Below are positions 19,299 through 27,540 of a DNA stretch of 32,000 bases, piece after piece (the first letter of the stretch is position 1; each line of letters starts with the position of its first letter). The position numbers and the translations under genes were made by a program. The notes beneath the pieces are model-generated. The model did not search any database and had not been told where the DNA came from. It worked only from the letters and a program-made list of their open reading frames with translations. This stretch comes from Nitrosomonas europaea (lineage in GTDB: Bacteria; Pseudomonadota; Gammaproteobacteria; Burkholderiales; Nitrosomonadaceae), in NCBI RefSeq assembly GCF_900167395.1, contig NZ_FUWK01000002.1, forward strand, positions 1 to 32,000. The letters are read 5' to 3'.

Positions 19299-20420
19299 TT
19301 ATGCAGCCTTATCTTCGACCAAGATGCGCAGCATTCGGCGCAATGGTTCGGCCGCGCCCCATAATAACTGATCTCCCACCGTAAAAACAGAGAGATATTC
19401 ACTTCCCATATTCAATTTGCGTATGCGGCCAACATGAATATCGAGCTTCCCGGTAACCGCAACCGGAGTAAGTTCCCTGGTGGTGGCTTCCCTTTCATTG
19501 GGAATCACATGAACCCATTTGTTGGATGCTGCGATGATTTCCTCGATCTTTTCCAGTGGAATATCCTTCTTCAACTTGATCGTCAATGCCTGACTGTGGC
19601 AACGCATGGCTCCCACTCGCACACAAATCCCGTCAACCGGTACGGGGTCATCGCCGTGCCCAAGAATTTTATTGGTCTCGGCCTGCCCTTTCCATTCTTC
19701 CCGGCTCTGTCCATGTGCAACCTCGCGATCGATCCATGGAATAAGGCTTCCAGCCAGTGGAACACCAAAATTCTGAGCGGGAAATTCTTTGTCACGCAAT
19801 TTCTCAGCAACCTTGCGATCGATATCCAATATGTTGGAAGCAGGATCTTCCAGTAAATCTTTTGCGACATCGTGAGTTTCTCCCATCTGCTGCAACAGTT
19901 CACGCATGTTTTGCGCGCCTGCCCCTGATGCCGCCTGATAAGTCATGATACTTGCCCACTCAACCATGTCCTGGTCGAACAATCCGCCAACGGCCATCAG
20001 CATCAGGCTGACCGTACAATTACCCCCGATATAATTCTTGACACCCTTATTCAATGCATCATCGATCACCGAACGATTAACGGGATCAAGAATGATAATT
20101 GCATCATCACTCATCCTGAGTGTAGAAGCGGCATCAATCCAATATCCTTGCCAGCCGGACTCACGCAGCTTTTTAAAAACGTCGCCGGTGTAATCTCCGC
20201 CCTGGCAGGATATGATGATATCCATTTCCCGCAAGGCTGCGATATCGTAGGCATCCTTGAGTAATCCTGCTTCCCGGCCAATATCCGGCCCCTTTTCACC
20301 CACTTGCGAAGTTGAAAAGAACACGGACTCGATTAATGAGAAATCATTTTCTTCACGCATCCGCTGCATGAGAACAGAGCCCACCATACCGCGCCAGCCC
20401 ACAAATCCGACTTGTTTCAT
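19299..20420 (-). CDS. asd: Aspartate-semialdehyde dehydrogenase
   Basis: The sequence is collinear with E. coli Asd from [21 protein letters not shown] through [17 protein letters not shown], with the active-site segment [14 protein letters not shown] 20420 matches the E. coli N-terminus; the ORF-track start is GTG 20429. Confidence 0.95.
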   Translation of the reverse strand: MKQVGFVGWRGMVGSVLMQRMREENDFSLIESVFFSTSQVGEKGPDIGREAGLLKDAYDIAALREMDIIISCQGGDYTGDVFKKLRESGWQGYWIDAASTLRMSDDAIIILDPVNRSVIDDALNKGVKNYIGGNCTVSLMLMAVGGLFDQDMVEWASIMTYQAASGAGAQNMRELLQQMGETHDVAKDLLEDPASNILDIDRKVAEKLRDKEFPAQNFGVPLAGSLIPWIDREVAHGQSREEWKGQAETNKILGHGDDPVPVDGICVRVGAMRCHSQALTIKLKKDIPLEKIEEIIAASNKWVHVIPNEREATTRELTPVAVTGKLDIHVGRIRKLNMGSEYLSVFTVGDQLLWGAAEPLRRMLRILVEDKAA

Positions 20421-20568
20421 GTAATTCACTCAACCTTTTACAAAATAGTTTTAATGTTACGCACCCCTGACAGCTTACTATCCGGCATACCATCAAAGAA
20501 TCAGAAAAAAGCGGTAAAACCGGGCGATAAACAGAAATAGAAAAACAGCATGTAACGAAACAGTAGAA

Positions 20569-21639
20569 TCACCGGGATTGCAAGTTTGCCAGGACACGAT
20601 CCCCCATTTCCACAGTACCGACCTTTTTCATACCCGCTTCATAAATATCTTCGGTACGATAGCTTTGCTGCAATGTCTTCTGAACGGCATGCTCGATTCG
20701 TGATGCGGCCGTTTCCTGATTGAAAGAGTATCGCAACATCATTGCCGCAGATAAGATAGTTGCCAACGGGTTGGCAATCCCTTTACCGGCGATATCCGGG
20801 GCAGATCCGTGAATAGGCTCATACAAACCTTTATTTCGGTCATCCAGAGAAGCAGAAGGAAGCATTCCGATCGAGCCTGTCAGCATGGATGCTTCATCTG
20901 ATAAAATATCACCGAACATATTTCCCGTAACCACCACATCGAATTGCCGGGGGTTGCGTACCAGCTGCATCGCTGCATTGTCCACCAGCATGTGTGAGAG
21001 CGTAACGTCCGGATACGACTGCGCAGTTTCCGTCACCACATCACGCCATAACTGCGTGCATTCCAGGACATTCATTTTGTCCACCGAGCAAAGCCTGCCG
21101 TTTCGCCTACCTGCTGCCTGAAACGCCACATGAGCGATACGCCTGATTTCTGATTCAGAATAAATCATCGTATTAAAGCCCACTTTCTGTCCGTCTCGGT
21201 ATTCGATGCCTCGCGGTCTCCCGAAATAAATATCTCCAGTCAGCTCACGCACAATCAGAATATCCAGACCAGCGACAACCTCCGGCTTCAGTGTCGAAGC
21301 ATTCGACAGCTCCGGATACAGCACTACCGGCCGCAAATTGGCAAACAGGTTGAGTTCCTTCCGAATGGCCAGCAACCCCTGCTCTGGCCGTTTTTCGCGA
21401 GGCAGACCATCGTACTGAGTTCCACCTACTGCCCCCAGCAGTATGGCATCTGCCTCGATCGCCAACTGGCGTGTTGCTTCCGGAAAAGGTTCACCGGTGG
21501 CATCCACCGCACAACCACCCAGCAAACCAGGTTCAAGCTCGATCTGCAAACCTTCCTGCTGGAAGTAGCGTAATACCCGCTCAGCCTGAGCCATGATTTC
21601 AGGCCCGATCCCGTCACCGGCAAGCAGCGCAATTTTCAT
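20569..21639 (-). CDS. leuB: 3-isopropylmalate dehydrogenase
   Basis: 356 aa with [15 protein letters not shown] and [26 protein letters not shown] signatures. Confidence 0.95.
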   Translation of the reverse strand: MKIALLAGDGIGPEIMAQAERVLRYFQQEGLQIELEPGLLGGCAVDATGEPFPEATRQLAIEADAILLGAVGGTQYDGLPREKRPEQGLLAIRKELNLFANLRPVVLYPELSNASTLKPEVVAGLDILIVRELTGDIYFGRPRGIEYRDGQKVGFNTMIYSESEIRRIAHVAFQAAGRRNGRLCSVDKMNVLECTQLWRDVVTETAQSYPDVTLSHMLVDNAAMQLVRNPRQFDVVVTGNMFGDILSDEASMLTGSIGMLPSASLDDRNKGLYEPIHGSAPDIAGKGIANPLATILSAAMMLRYSFNQETAASRIEHAVQKTLQQSYRTEDIYEAGMKKVGTVEMGDRVLANLQSR

Positions 21640-22301
21640 GTTCTCAGTTTGTCTCCATTTTGCTGTAAAAATAGCCAGGGTTGTCGATCGCGACGATTCA
21701 TTTCAAATGTTCTGATTTTATCGGCATGCTGCAACGTCAGCCCGATTTCATCCAGCCCATTAAGCAGACAGTGCTTACGGAATGAATCAACTTCAAATCG
21801 GTGGATCTCGCCGGAAGGGGTCGTCACGGTTTGCGCATCCAGATTCACTTCCAGTCGATAACCGTCTGTCTCGAGTGTATCCCTGATCAGCCTATCAACG
21901 ATGGAAGCTTCCGACACAATTGGCAATAGACCGATCTTGAAGCAGTTGTTATAAAAAATATCGGCGAAACTTGGCGCAATGATTACAGCAAAACCATAAT
22001 CCTGCAAAGCCCAGGGAGCATGCTCCCTGCTGGATCCACAACCAAAATTGTCGCGTGCGACCAGAATCCTGGCCCCTTGATAGCGCGGCTGGTTCAATAT
22101 GAAATCGGGATTAAGCTGCCGTAATGAAATATCCTTCCCCGGCTCTCCATAATCGAGATAGCGCCACTCATCAAACAGGTTCTGGCCAAAACCTGAGCGT
22201 TTGATCGATTTCAGAAACTGCTTGGGAATAATCGCATCCGTATCCACGTTTGCGCGATCCAGTGGCGCAACTATTCCCTTGAACTGCTCAAATTTTTCCA
22301 T
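21636..22301 (-). CDS. leuD: 3-isopropylmalate dehydratase small subunit
   Basis: 221 aa with [15 protein letters not shown]. An ATGA overlap links it to leuB. Confidence 0.95.
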   Translation of the reverse strand: MEKFEQFKGIVAPLDRANVDTDAIIPKQFLKSIKRSGFGQNLFDEWRYLDYGEPGKDISLRQLNPDFILNQPRYQGARILVARDNFGCGSSREHAPWALQDYGFAVIIAPSFADIFYNNCFKIGLLPIVSEASIVDRLIRDTLETDGYRLEVNLDAQTVTTPSGEIHRFEVDSFRKHCLLNGLDEIGLTLQHADKIRTFEMNRRDRQPWLFLQQNGDKLRT

Positions 22302-22306
22302 TCTGT

Positions 22307-22435
22307 TTATTTTGCAGTTTTTTCAATGGCTTCACCGCCACGTTGAACATCCTTGCCAAATCCCTGTATGGTATTACAGGCAGTCAACTGTGCAACGATG
22401 GCCAACAATAGAAATAATGTGGACAGCGTTTTCAT
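22307..22435 (-). CDS. Entericidin EcnA/B-family small lipoprotein (42 aa)
   Basis: Not in the ORF track because it is under 60 aa. The minus-strand ATG at 22435 is preceded by AAGGAG. The translation is [42 protein letters not shown] with stop at 22309-22307. The lipobox L-T-A-C and the following NTxxGxGxDxxxxG pattern resemble E. coli EcnA/EcnB. Confidence 0.7.
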   Translation of the reverse strand: MKTLSTLFLLLAIVAQLTACNTIQGFGKDVQRGGEAIEKTAK

Positions 22436-22468
22436 TATCGATCTCCTTTAAAAATAAAAAAACCTCAC

Positions 22469-23881
22469 TTACCGAATAAAAGAACGCACATCAACGAAAT
22501 GGCCAGCTATTGCAGCAGCGGCTGCCATGGCAGGGCTGACGAGATGTGTTCGCCCGCCGGGGCCTTGCCGGCCTTCAAAATTACGATTGGAAGTCGAGGC
22601 ACAACGCTCTCCAGGTAACAATCTGTCATCATTCATGGCCAGGCACATCGAACATCCGGGTTCGCGCCATTCGAATCCCGCCGACAGAAAAATTTTATCC
22701 AGCCCCTCCTTCTCGGCCATCGATTTGACCAGACCGGAACCAGGGACCACCATAGCCAGCCTGATATTCGGGGCAATCCGTTTTCCTTTGACGATTTCTG
22801 CTGCTGCGCGCAGATCTTCGATACGTGAATTGGTACAGGAACCAATGAAAACTTTATCCAGCGTTATTTCCTGAATGGGCATCTTCGGCTTCAGTCCCAT
22901 ATACCCGAGTGCATGTTCGACATCATGGCGTTTGGTCGGATCGCTGATATCCGCAGGATCGGGCACATACCCATCCACAGTAGTCACCATTTCTGGTGAG
23001 GTGCCCCAGGTTACCTGCGGTTTGATGTTGACTGCCTTCAATTCCACCATCCGATCGAACACCGCATCTTCATCACTTTTCAATGTACGCCAGTAAGCCA
23101 CCGCCTGATCCCACAGTGCTCCCTGCGGGGCAAAGGGTCTCCCCTTGATATAATCGATCGTAACCTCATCCGCTCCAACCATACCTGCACGGGCACCCGC
23201 CTCGATCGCCATATTGCAGAGCGTCATCCGGCCTTCCATGGAAAGCGATCGTATCGCACTGCCGGCAAATTCAATGGCATAACCCGTACCGCCGGCCGTA
23301 CCTATTTCACCAATAACAGCCAGTGCAATATCTTTGGCCGTCACACCAGGTGGCAGATCCCCTTCGACCCTGACCAGCATAGTTTTGGATTTCCGGGCAA
23401 CCAGACATTGTGTCGCCAGAACATGTTCAACCTCGGATGTCCCGATACCAAATGCCAGACAAGCAAATGCCCCATGTGTACTGGTATGGGAATCTCCACA
23501 CACCACGGTCATACCAGGCAGTGTCGCACCTTGCTCAGGCCCGATCACATGAACGATTCCCTGACGTTCATCGTTCATTCTGAATTCGGTAATCGCGAAT
23601 TCCTCACAATTCTGATCCAGCGTTTCGACTTGTAAACGGGATACAGGATCGCTGATACCACTGCTTCGATCCGTCGTTGGAACATTATGATCGGCTACCG
23701 CCAGAATCGAGCCAGTCCGCCAGGGTTTGCGTCCGGCCAGCTTCAGGCTCTCAAAAGCCTGAGGGCTGGTAACTTCATGTACCAGATGGCGATCGATATA
23801 CAGAATAACCATGCCATTCGGATCATCCGATTCCGCATGCACTACATGGTCACTCCAGAGTTTGTCATATAACGTTTTCAT
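22469..23881 (-). CDS. leuC: 3-isopropylmalate dehydratase large subunit
   Basis: 470 aa, aconitase family, with [14 protein letters not shown]-like, [13 protein letters not shown] and CSMCLAMN Fe-S cluster Cys motifs. Confidence 0.95.
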   Translation of the reverse strand: MKTLYDKLWSDHVVHAESDDPNGMVILYIDRHLVHEVTSPQAFESLKLAGRKPWRTGSILAVADHNVPTTDRSSGISDPVSRLQVETLDQNCEEFAITEFRMNDERQGIVHVIGPEQGATLPGMTVVCGDSHTSTHGAFACLAFGIGTSEVEHVLATQCLVARKSKTMLVRVEGDLPPGVTAKDIALAVIGEIGTAGGTGYAIEFAGSAIRSLSMEGRMTLCNMAIEAGARAGMVGADEVTIDYIKGRPFAPQGALWDQAVAYWRTLKSDEDAVFDRMVELKAVNIKPQVTWGTSPEMVTTVDGYVPDPADISDPTKRHDVEHALGYMGLKPKMPIQEITLDKVFIGSCTNSRIEDLRAAAEIVKGKRIAPNIRLAMVVPGSGLVKSMAEKEGLDKIFLSAGFEWREPGCSMCLAMNDDRLLPGERCASTSNRNFEGRQGPGGRTHLVSPAMAAAAAIAGHFVDVRSFIR

Positions 23882-24102
23882 TTTGATCCAGATATGAGTA
23901 CCAGCCGTATGCGCGCAATTATCCCATAAAGCCCATTTCAGTAACAGAATCTCTGTGCCGGCAGTGCAATGGCATACCCGGTGAAGAAGCTAAAAACATC
24001 ATCTCGTCCAATGCAAAAATGCCCTTTTTATTCCGGGGTCGATCAACGCTAACTCAATAAACCACAAGACAAAAATGGATTTTGACCTTCGATAATTAAC
24101 TG

Positions 24103-24131
24103 TTGACAGCAACTTTTATCAAATGTAGATT
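24103..24131 (+). promoter_or_regulatory. Sigma70-type promoter for the heme-copper cluster
   Basis: TTGACA (24103-24108), a 17-nt spacer, then TAGATT (24126-24131), with an A/T-rich stretch upstream. It lies about 40 nt upstream of ATG 24172. Confidence 0.45.
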
Positions 24132-24137
24132 CCGCGA

Positions 24138-24154
24138 CTTGTTTAACAAACAAG
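24138..24154 (+). promoter_or_regulatory. Inverted repeat (operator or 5'-UTR hairpin) overlapping the Shine-Dalgarno
   Basis: CTTGTTT-aac-AAACAAG is a perfect 7-bp inverted repeat. Its right arm (24148-24154) runs into AAGGAGG (24152-24158), the RBS for ATG 24172. Confidence 0.4.
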
Positions 24155-24171
24155 GAGGGGGAAAGTTTAAA

Positions 24172-24696
24172 ATGATCTCAACAGTTTATGCCATCACACT
24201 CGTGGGTATCGGTTTGGTCATCGCAGTCTTTTATTTTGTGATTGCCAATTCGAAGGAAGCTGATCCGGATTATCCGTCAATCACAAAAAAATGGTACGGT
24301 GTACGCAGCAAATGGTTTCTTTTTCTGCTTGTATTAGGAATTACCGTCTCTGTGCTTTCAACGAATCCATTTCCAACACCCGATCAGAAAAAAGAATACT
24401 CGGGTGGTGACTATCAAAATGTCACTGTGGATAGCCATCAATGGTATTGGATAATGACACCTTCTACCGTAAAGGCAGGCCAACCGGTTGAATTTCAAGT
24501 GTCTTCTGCTGATGTCAACCATGGTTTCGGTATCTACGATGAAAAACTGACATTAGTTGCCCAAACTCAGGCGATGCCGGGTTACACCAATAAGCTTATT
24601 CATACGTTCGACAAACCCGGAAAATATAAAATTCTTTGTCTGGAATATTGTGGTCTGGCACATCACGCCATGATTAGCGAATTGACCGTTGAATAA
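24172..24696 (+). CDS. norS: Heme-copper oxidase subunit II-like CuA cupredoxin protein (sNOR-type small subunit)
   Basis: ATG 24172 is preceded by AAGGAGGGGG; the ORF-track TTG 24103 coincides with the -35 hexamer. It has two N-terminal TM helices and a cupredoxin domain. The complete CuA motif is present: VNHGF ... C-L-E-Y-C-G-L-A-H-H-A-M (24637-24672). Confidence 0.85.
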   Translation: MISTVYAITLVGIGLVIAVFYFVIANSKEADPDYPSITKKWYGVRSKWFLFLLVLGITVSVLSTNPFPTPDQKKEYSGGDYQNVTVDSHQWYWIMTPSTVKAGQPVEFQVSSADVNHGFGIYDEKLTLVAQTQAMPGYTNKLIHTFDKPGKYKILCLEYCGLAHHAMISELTVE

Positions 24697-24740
24697 TTAG
24701 TACAACATTTAATACAGCTAAAAACGTATTGGAGGACACA

Positions 24741-26219
24741 ATGAGTGCAACTGAAGTAAATGGAAAGATTGAGTATTCCGACCCGGAAAATCGGAATGCA
24801 TTGATCGCCGTCAAATCCCATTTAATTGCGGGATTTTTAGTATTTTTATTAATGATGATTGCAGGCTTTACCATGCGTGCAGCGCAAGGTACCTGGTTGG
24901 AAATTGGCGCTGATCTGTTTTATCAGATTATGACTGTGCACGGTGTAGGCGTTGTGGGTGCGGCAATGATCACATCAACCGGTGTACAGTGGTATTTCCT
25001 GCGTCAGTACGTTCGTCTGAGCAACGGGATTTTCTGGACGAACTTCTTTATTTTTCTGACAGGTGTCGTGCTGATCCTCGGCTCCATTTTCGTTGGTAAA
25101 TATGGTGGTGCATGGACGTTCCTCTTCCCGCTACCCGCCATTTCAATGGGTGCCTGGTCGAATGGTGCAGCAGCACTGTTTCAAGCTGGTCTGCTTATCA
25201 TCGGAGTCGGCTTCCTTATCCTCTATCTGGACTTTGGCCGTGCCATTCTGGCTCGCTACGGCAGTCTGGCTCGTGCACTGGGACTTACCCAGCTTTTCGG
25301 TAAAGAGCCGGTAGACTACAAACATCCAGCGGCAGTAGTTGCCAGCACAATGGTATTGATTGTCAATTTTATGGGTATCGCTGCAGGTGCCGTGGTACTG
25401 GTGATGGGACTGATCAATCTGTTCTATCCTGAATTCAAGCCAGATGCGCTGCTGATGAAAAACCTGATCTACTTCTTTGGTCACGTTGTCATCAATGCCA
25501 CTATCTACGCATCAGTCATCGCTGTTTATGAACTCCTGCCACGCTACACTGGTCGTCCATGGAAAACCAATAAACCATTTTATGCAGCCTGGTTTGCGAT
25601 TGTATTCATGGTAATGGGTGTCTATCCACACCACCTCATGATGGACTTCGCGATGCCGAATTGGGCACTCGTAGTAGGACAGGTGCTTTCTTTTGGCAGT
25701 GGTATTCCAGTGATGGTGGTTACCGGCTACGGTGCCCTGATGATCGTATACCGTTCAGGTATCAAATGGACCACTTCGGCCAAACTGCTGTTCTTATCCA
25801 TGTTTGGCTGGTGGGCTGGTGTAATCCCTGCGATTCTGGATGCAATGGTTACGGTTAACCGTGCTTTCCACAACACACTGTGGGTACCTGGTCATTTCCA
25901 TTTCTACCTGCTGCTGGGATTACTGCCGATGCTCATCGGCTTCGCCTACTTTCTGGCGGGTGAAGGTGACAGTAAAGAACAACCTAAAGCAACCGACAAA
26001 CTTGGTTTCTATGCCTATCTGATCGGTGCATTCATGACATCCATGGTCTTCCTCGCCAGCGGTGCAAGCAGTATTCCTCGCCGCTGGGCAGCACACATGC
26101 CTGAATGGGTCAGTTTTGCTCAGGTAGGAACTGTTGCCGCTGCACTGGTTGTTCTGGGAATGTTGTTGTTCATCATTCGTGCACTGGTCAGTTTGCCAGG
26201 CGCCAGCAACCCTCGTTAA
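24741..26219 (+). CDS. norY: Heme-copper oxidase subunit I-like catalytic protein (sNOR-type; B-family-like)
   Basis: ATG 24741 is preceded by GGAGGA. The protein is polytopic. His ligands: TVHGVG (His67), FFGHVVIN (His248), YPHHLM (His297/298) and HNTLWVPGHFHFYL (His385/387). The last block is very similar to T. thermophilus ba3 HNTAWVPGHFHLQV. Confidence 0.85.
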   Translation: MSATEVNGKIEYSDPENRNALIAVKSHLIAGFLVFLLMMIAGFTMRAAQGTWLEIGADLFYQIMTVHGVGVVGAAMITSTGVQWYFLRQYVRLSNGIFWTNFFIFLTGVVLILGSIFVGKYGGAWTFLFPLPAISMGAWSNGAAALFQAGLLIIGVGFLILYLDFGRAILARYGSLARALGLTQLFGKEPVDYKHPAAVVASTMVLIVNFMGIAAGAVVLVMGLINLFYPEFKPDALLMKNLIYFFGHVVINATIYASVIAVYELLPRYTGRPWKTNKPFYAAWFAIVFMVMGVYPHHLMMDFAMPNWALVVGQVLSFGSGIPVMVVTGYGALMIVYRSGIKWTTSAKLLFLSMFGWWAGVIPAILDAMVTVNRAFHNTLWVPGHFHFYLLLGLLPMLIGFAYFLAGEGDSKEQPKATDKLGFYAYLIGAFMTSMVFLASGASSIPRRWAAHMPEWVSFAQVGTVAAALVVLGMLLFIIRALVSLPGASNPR

Positions 26220-26229
26220 AACAGAAACA

Positions 26230-26265
26230 CCGGCAATTTCTCCTGTATGAATGGAGAATTGCCGG
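26230..26265 (+). other. Intercistronic stem-loop between the catalytic subunit gene and senC
   Basis: CCGGCAATT(T)CTCC (26230-26243) pairs with GGAGAATTGCCGG (26253-26265). This gives 13 bp with one bulged T and a 9-nt loop. No U-tract follows. Confidence 0.45.
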
Positions 26266-26312
26266 AATCTGGCAGGGATAATCGATACCCCCTCACATAG
26301 GAGGAAAAAGGA

Positions 26313-26942
26313 ATGAGGACTTTCCTGGCAACACTTTTCGTAGCCATCTCAGGAACACTCATTCTTTGGATAAGTACCGATGGAGGGCGTGCTTTTACAG
26401 CTGAAGAAGCACGCCGCCTTGAAATTCGTGAAAATCCCCGTTCTGTACCCGATTGGCAACTGCAGAATCAGGATGCAGAAACCTTCACTTTTCAAAACTG
26501 GCATGGGCATCTCATTGTTGTAGATTTCATCTATACAAGTTGTCCCAGCGTATGTTTGATACTTAGCGGCAACCTCAAGAATCTGCAAAAAGATTTCTCT
26601 GACGAGGGAAAATCAGACAAGCTGCGCTTTCTCAGTATCACCTTCGATCCGGAAAAAGATACGCCCCAAAGACTGAAAGAACATTTAAGTCATTTTTCTG
26701 CTGATTTCAAAAACTGGGTAGCTGCCCGGCCAACCAGCCCGTCCCAGAAAGAAGCTATCCTCGATTTCTTTAAAGTGATCGTCATTCCTGATGAGTACGG
26801 TGGTTATACACACTCTGCCGGTTACCATATCATCAACCCGGATGGAAAACTGGTCGCTATTTTTGGAATGGAACAGATGGATGAACTACGCGCCTACCTG
26901 AATCAGGCATTGGAGGGGAAGGATAATGCGTCTGAAAATTAA
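26313..26942 (+). CDS. senC: SCO1/SenC-family thioredoxin-fold copper chaperone
   Basis: 209 aa. It has an N-terminal TM anchor, the CxxxC motif FIYTSCPSVC (Cys77/Cys81, 26541-26555), FLSITFDPEKDTP, and the distal His in YTHSAGYHIINPDGKL. AGGAGG precedes the ATG. Confidence 0.9.
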   Translation: MRTFLATLFVAISGTLILWISTDGGRAFTAEEARRLEIRENPRSVPDWQLQNQDAETFTFQNWHGHLIVVDFIYTSCPSVCLILSGNLKNLQKDFSDEGKSDKLRFLSITFDPEKDTPQRLKEHLSHFSADFKNWVAARPTSPSQKEAILDFFKVIVIPDEYGGYTHSAGYHIINPDGKLVAIFGMEQMDELRAYLNQALEGKDNASEN

Positions 26943-27495
26943 ACCGGAATGGCTGCTTCTGGCAGCATTCATCATACTTACCCTTCCCCCGATGCAGCGC
27001 TTTCTGGAACAGAGCATGGTAACGCACATGCTCGTTCAGCTCCCGGCACTGACAGTCATCGGATGGATATTCGGCAGAACACTGCCTGAAAGCTGGAGCA
27101 ACAAAATAGCTCCATGGAACCGGTGGGGAATAACAGGCATGGCTCTCGCCATTGTGATCATGACCTATTGGATGCTGCCACGCGCACTGGATGCTGCTGT
27201 ATCCGAATGGTACGTGGAGCTGGGAAAATTCATCACCGTCCCGGCGATGGGTATCGCACTGGGAGTAAGCTGGCCCCAGCTCAATCCGATTGCACAAGGT
27301 GTCCTGAAACTGGAATTCTGGGCTACTTTCATGCGTCTGGGGTGGCTCTATCTCGATCTGCCCGATCGTCTCTGCGCAAATTATCTCTTGAGTGATCAGC
27401 GTGTTCTAGGGCAGTTACTGCTACTGATTGGAAGTGCCTGGGCAATCGCCTGGACGCTTCGAGTAATGTTTGGAACCAAAATCATCAATACCTGA
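26926..27495 (+). CDS. Membrane protein, CtaG (caa3-type assembly factor)-like; orf1 of the norSY-senC-orf1 arrangement
   Basis: 189 aa with about 5 TM helices. The start overlaps the senC 3' end by 17 nt and is preceded by GGAGGGGAAGG. The motifs MVTHMLVQLPALTVIGW and YWMLPRALDAAV recall the H-x-x-Q-H.../W..P..D blocks of Bacillus-type CtaG. This is similarity by eye only. Confidence 0.55.
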   Translation: MRLKIKPEWLLLAAFIILTLPPMQRFLEQSMVTHMLVQLPALTVIGWIFGRTLPESWSNKIAPWNRWGITGMALAIVIMTYWMLPRALDAAVSEWYVELGKFITVPAMGIALGVSWPQLNPIAQGVLKLEFWATFMRLGWLYLDLPDRLCANYLLSDQRVLGQLLLLIGSAWAIAWTLRVMFGTKIINT

Positions 27496-27498
27496 AAC

Positions 27499-27532
27499 TT
27501 GCAGTGATCCACCATCCGGCAGATCACTGCAG
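27499..27532. terminator. Bidirectional hairpin terminator between convergent orf1 and the FNT gene
   Basis: TGCAGTGATC (27500-27509) pairs with GATCACTGCA (27522-27531), with a terminal G-U pair and a 12-nt loop. TCTTTACTTTAT follows on the plus strand. It lies 4 nt after the orf1 stop and 9 nt before the FNT stop. Confidence 0.6.
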
Positions 27533-27540
27533 TCTTTACT

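Noticed and set aside
23882-24100. A possible leucine leader peptide or attenuator upstream of leuC (minus strand)
   Set aside because: The only small ORF there (27 codons, [27 protein letters not shown]) has no run of Leu codons. I found no terminator/antiterminator pair.
24040-24135. An FNR/Dnr (TTGAT-N4-ATCAA) or NsrR-type box upstream of the heme-copper cluster
   Set aside because: Only half-site-like fragments are present (TTGAC...ATCAA with a 10-nt spacing, and TTGACcttcGATAA). None has the required symmetry or spacing.
24103-24171. N-terminal extensions proposed by the ORF track: TTG 24103 for subunit II, TTG 24729 for subunit I and ATG 31201 for rfbA
   Set aside because: TTG 24103 is the -35 hexamer of the promoter, and a strong SD precedes ATG 24172. 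GGAGGA precedes ATG 24741. RmlA homology begins exactly at ATG 31123.
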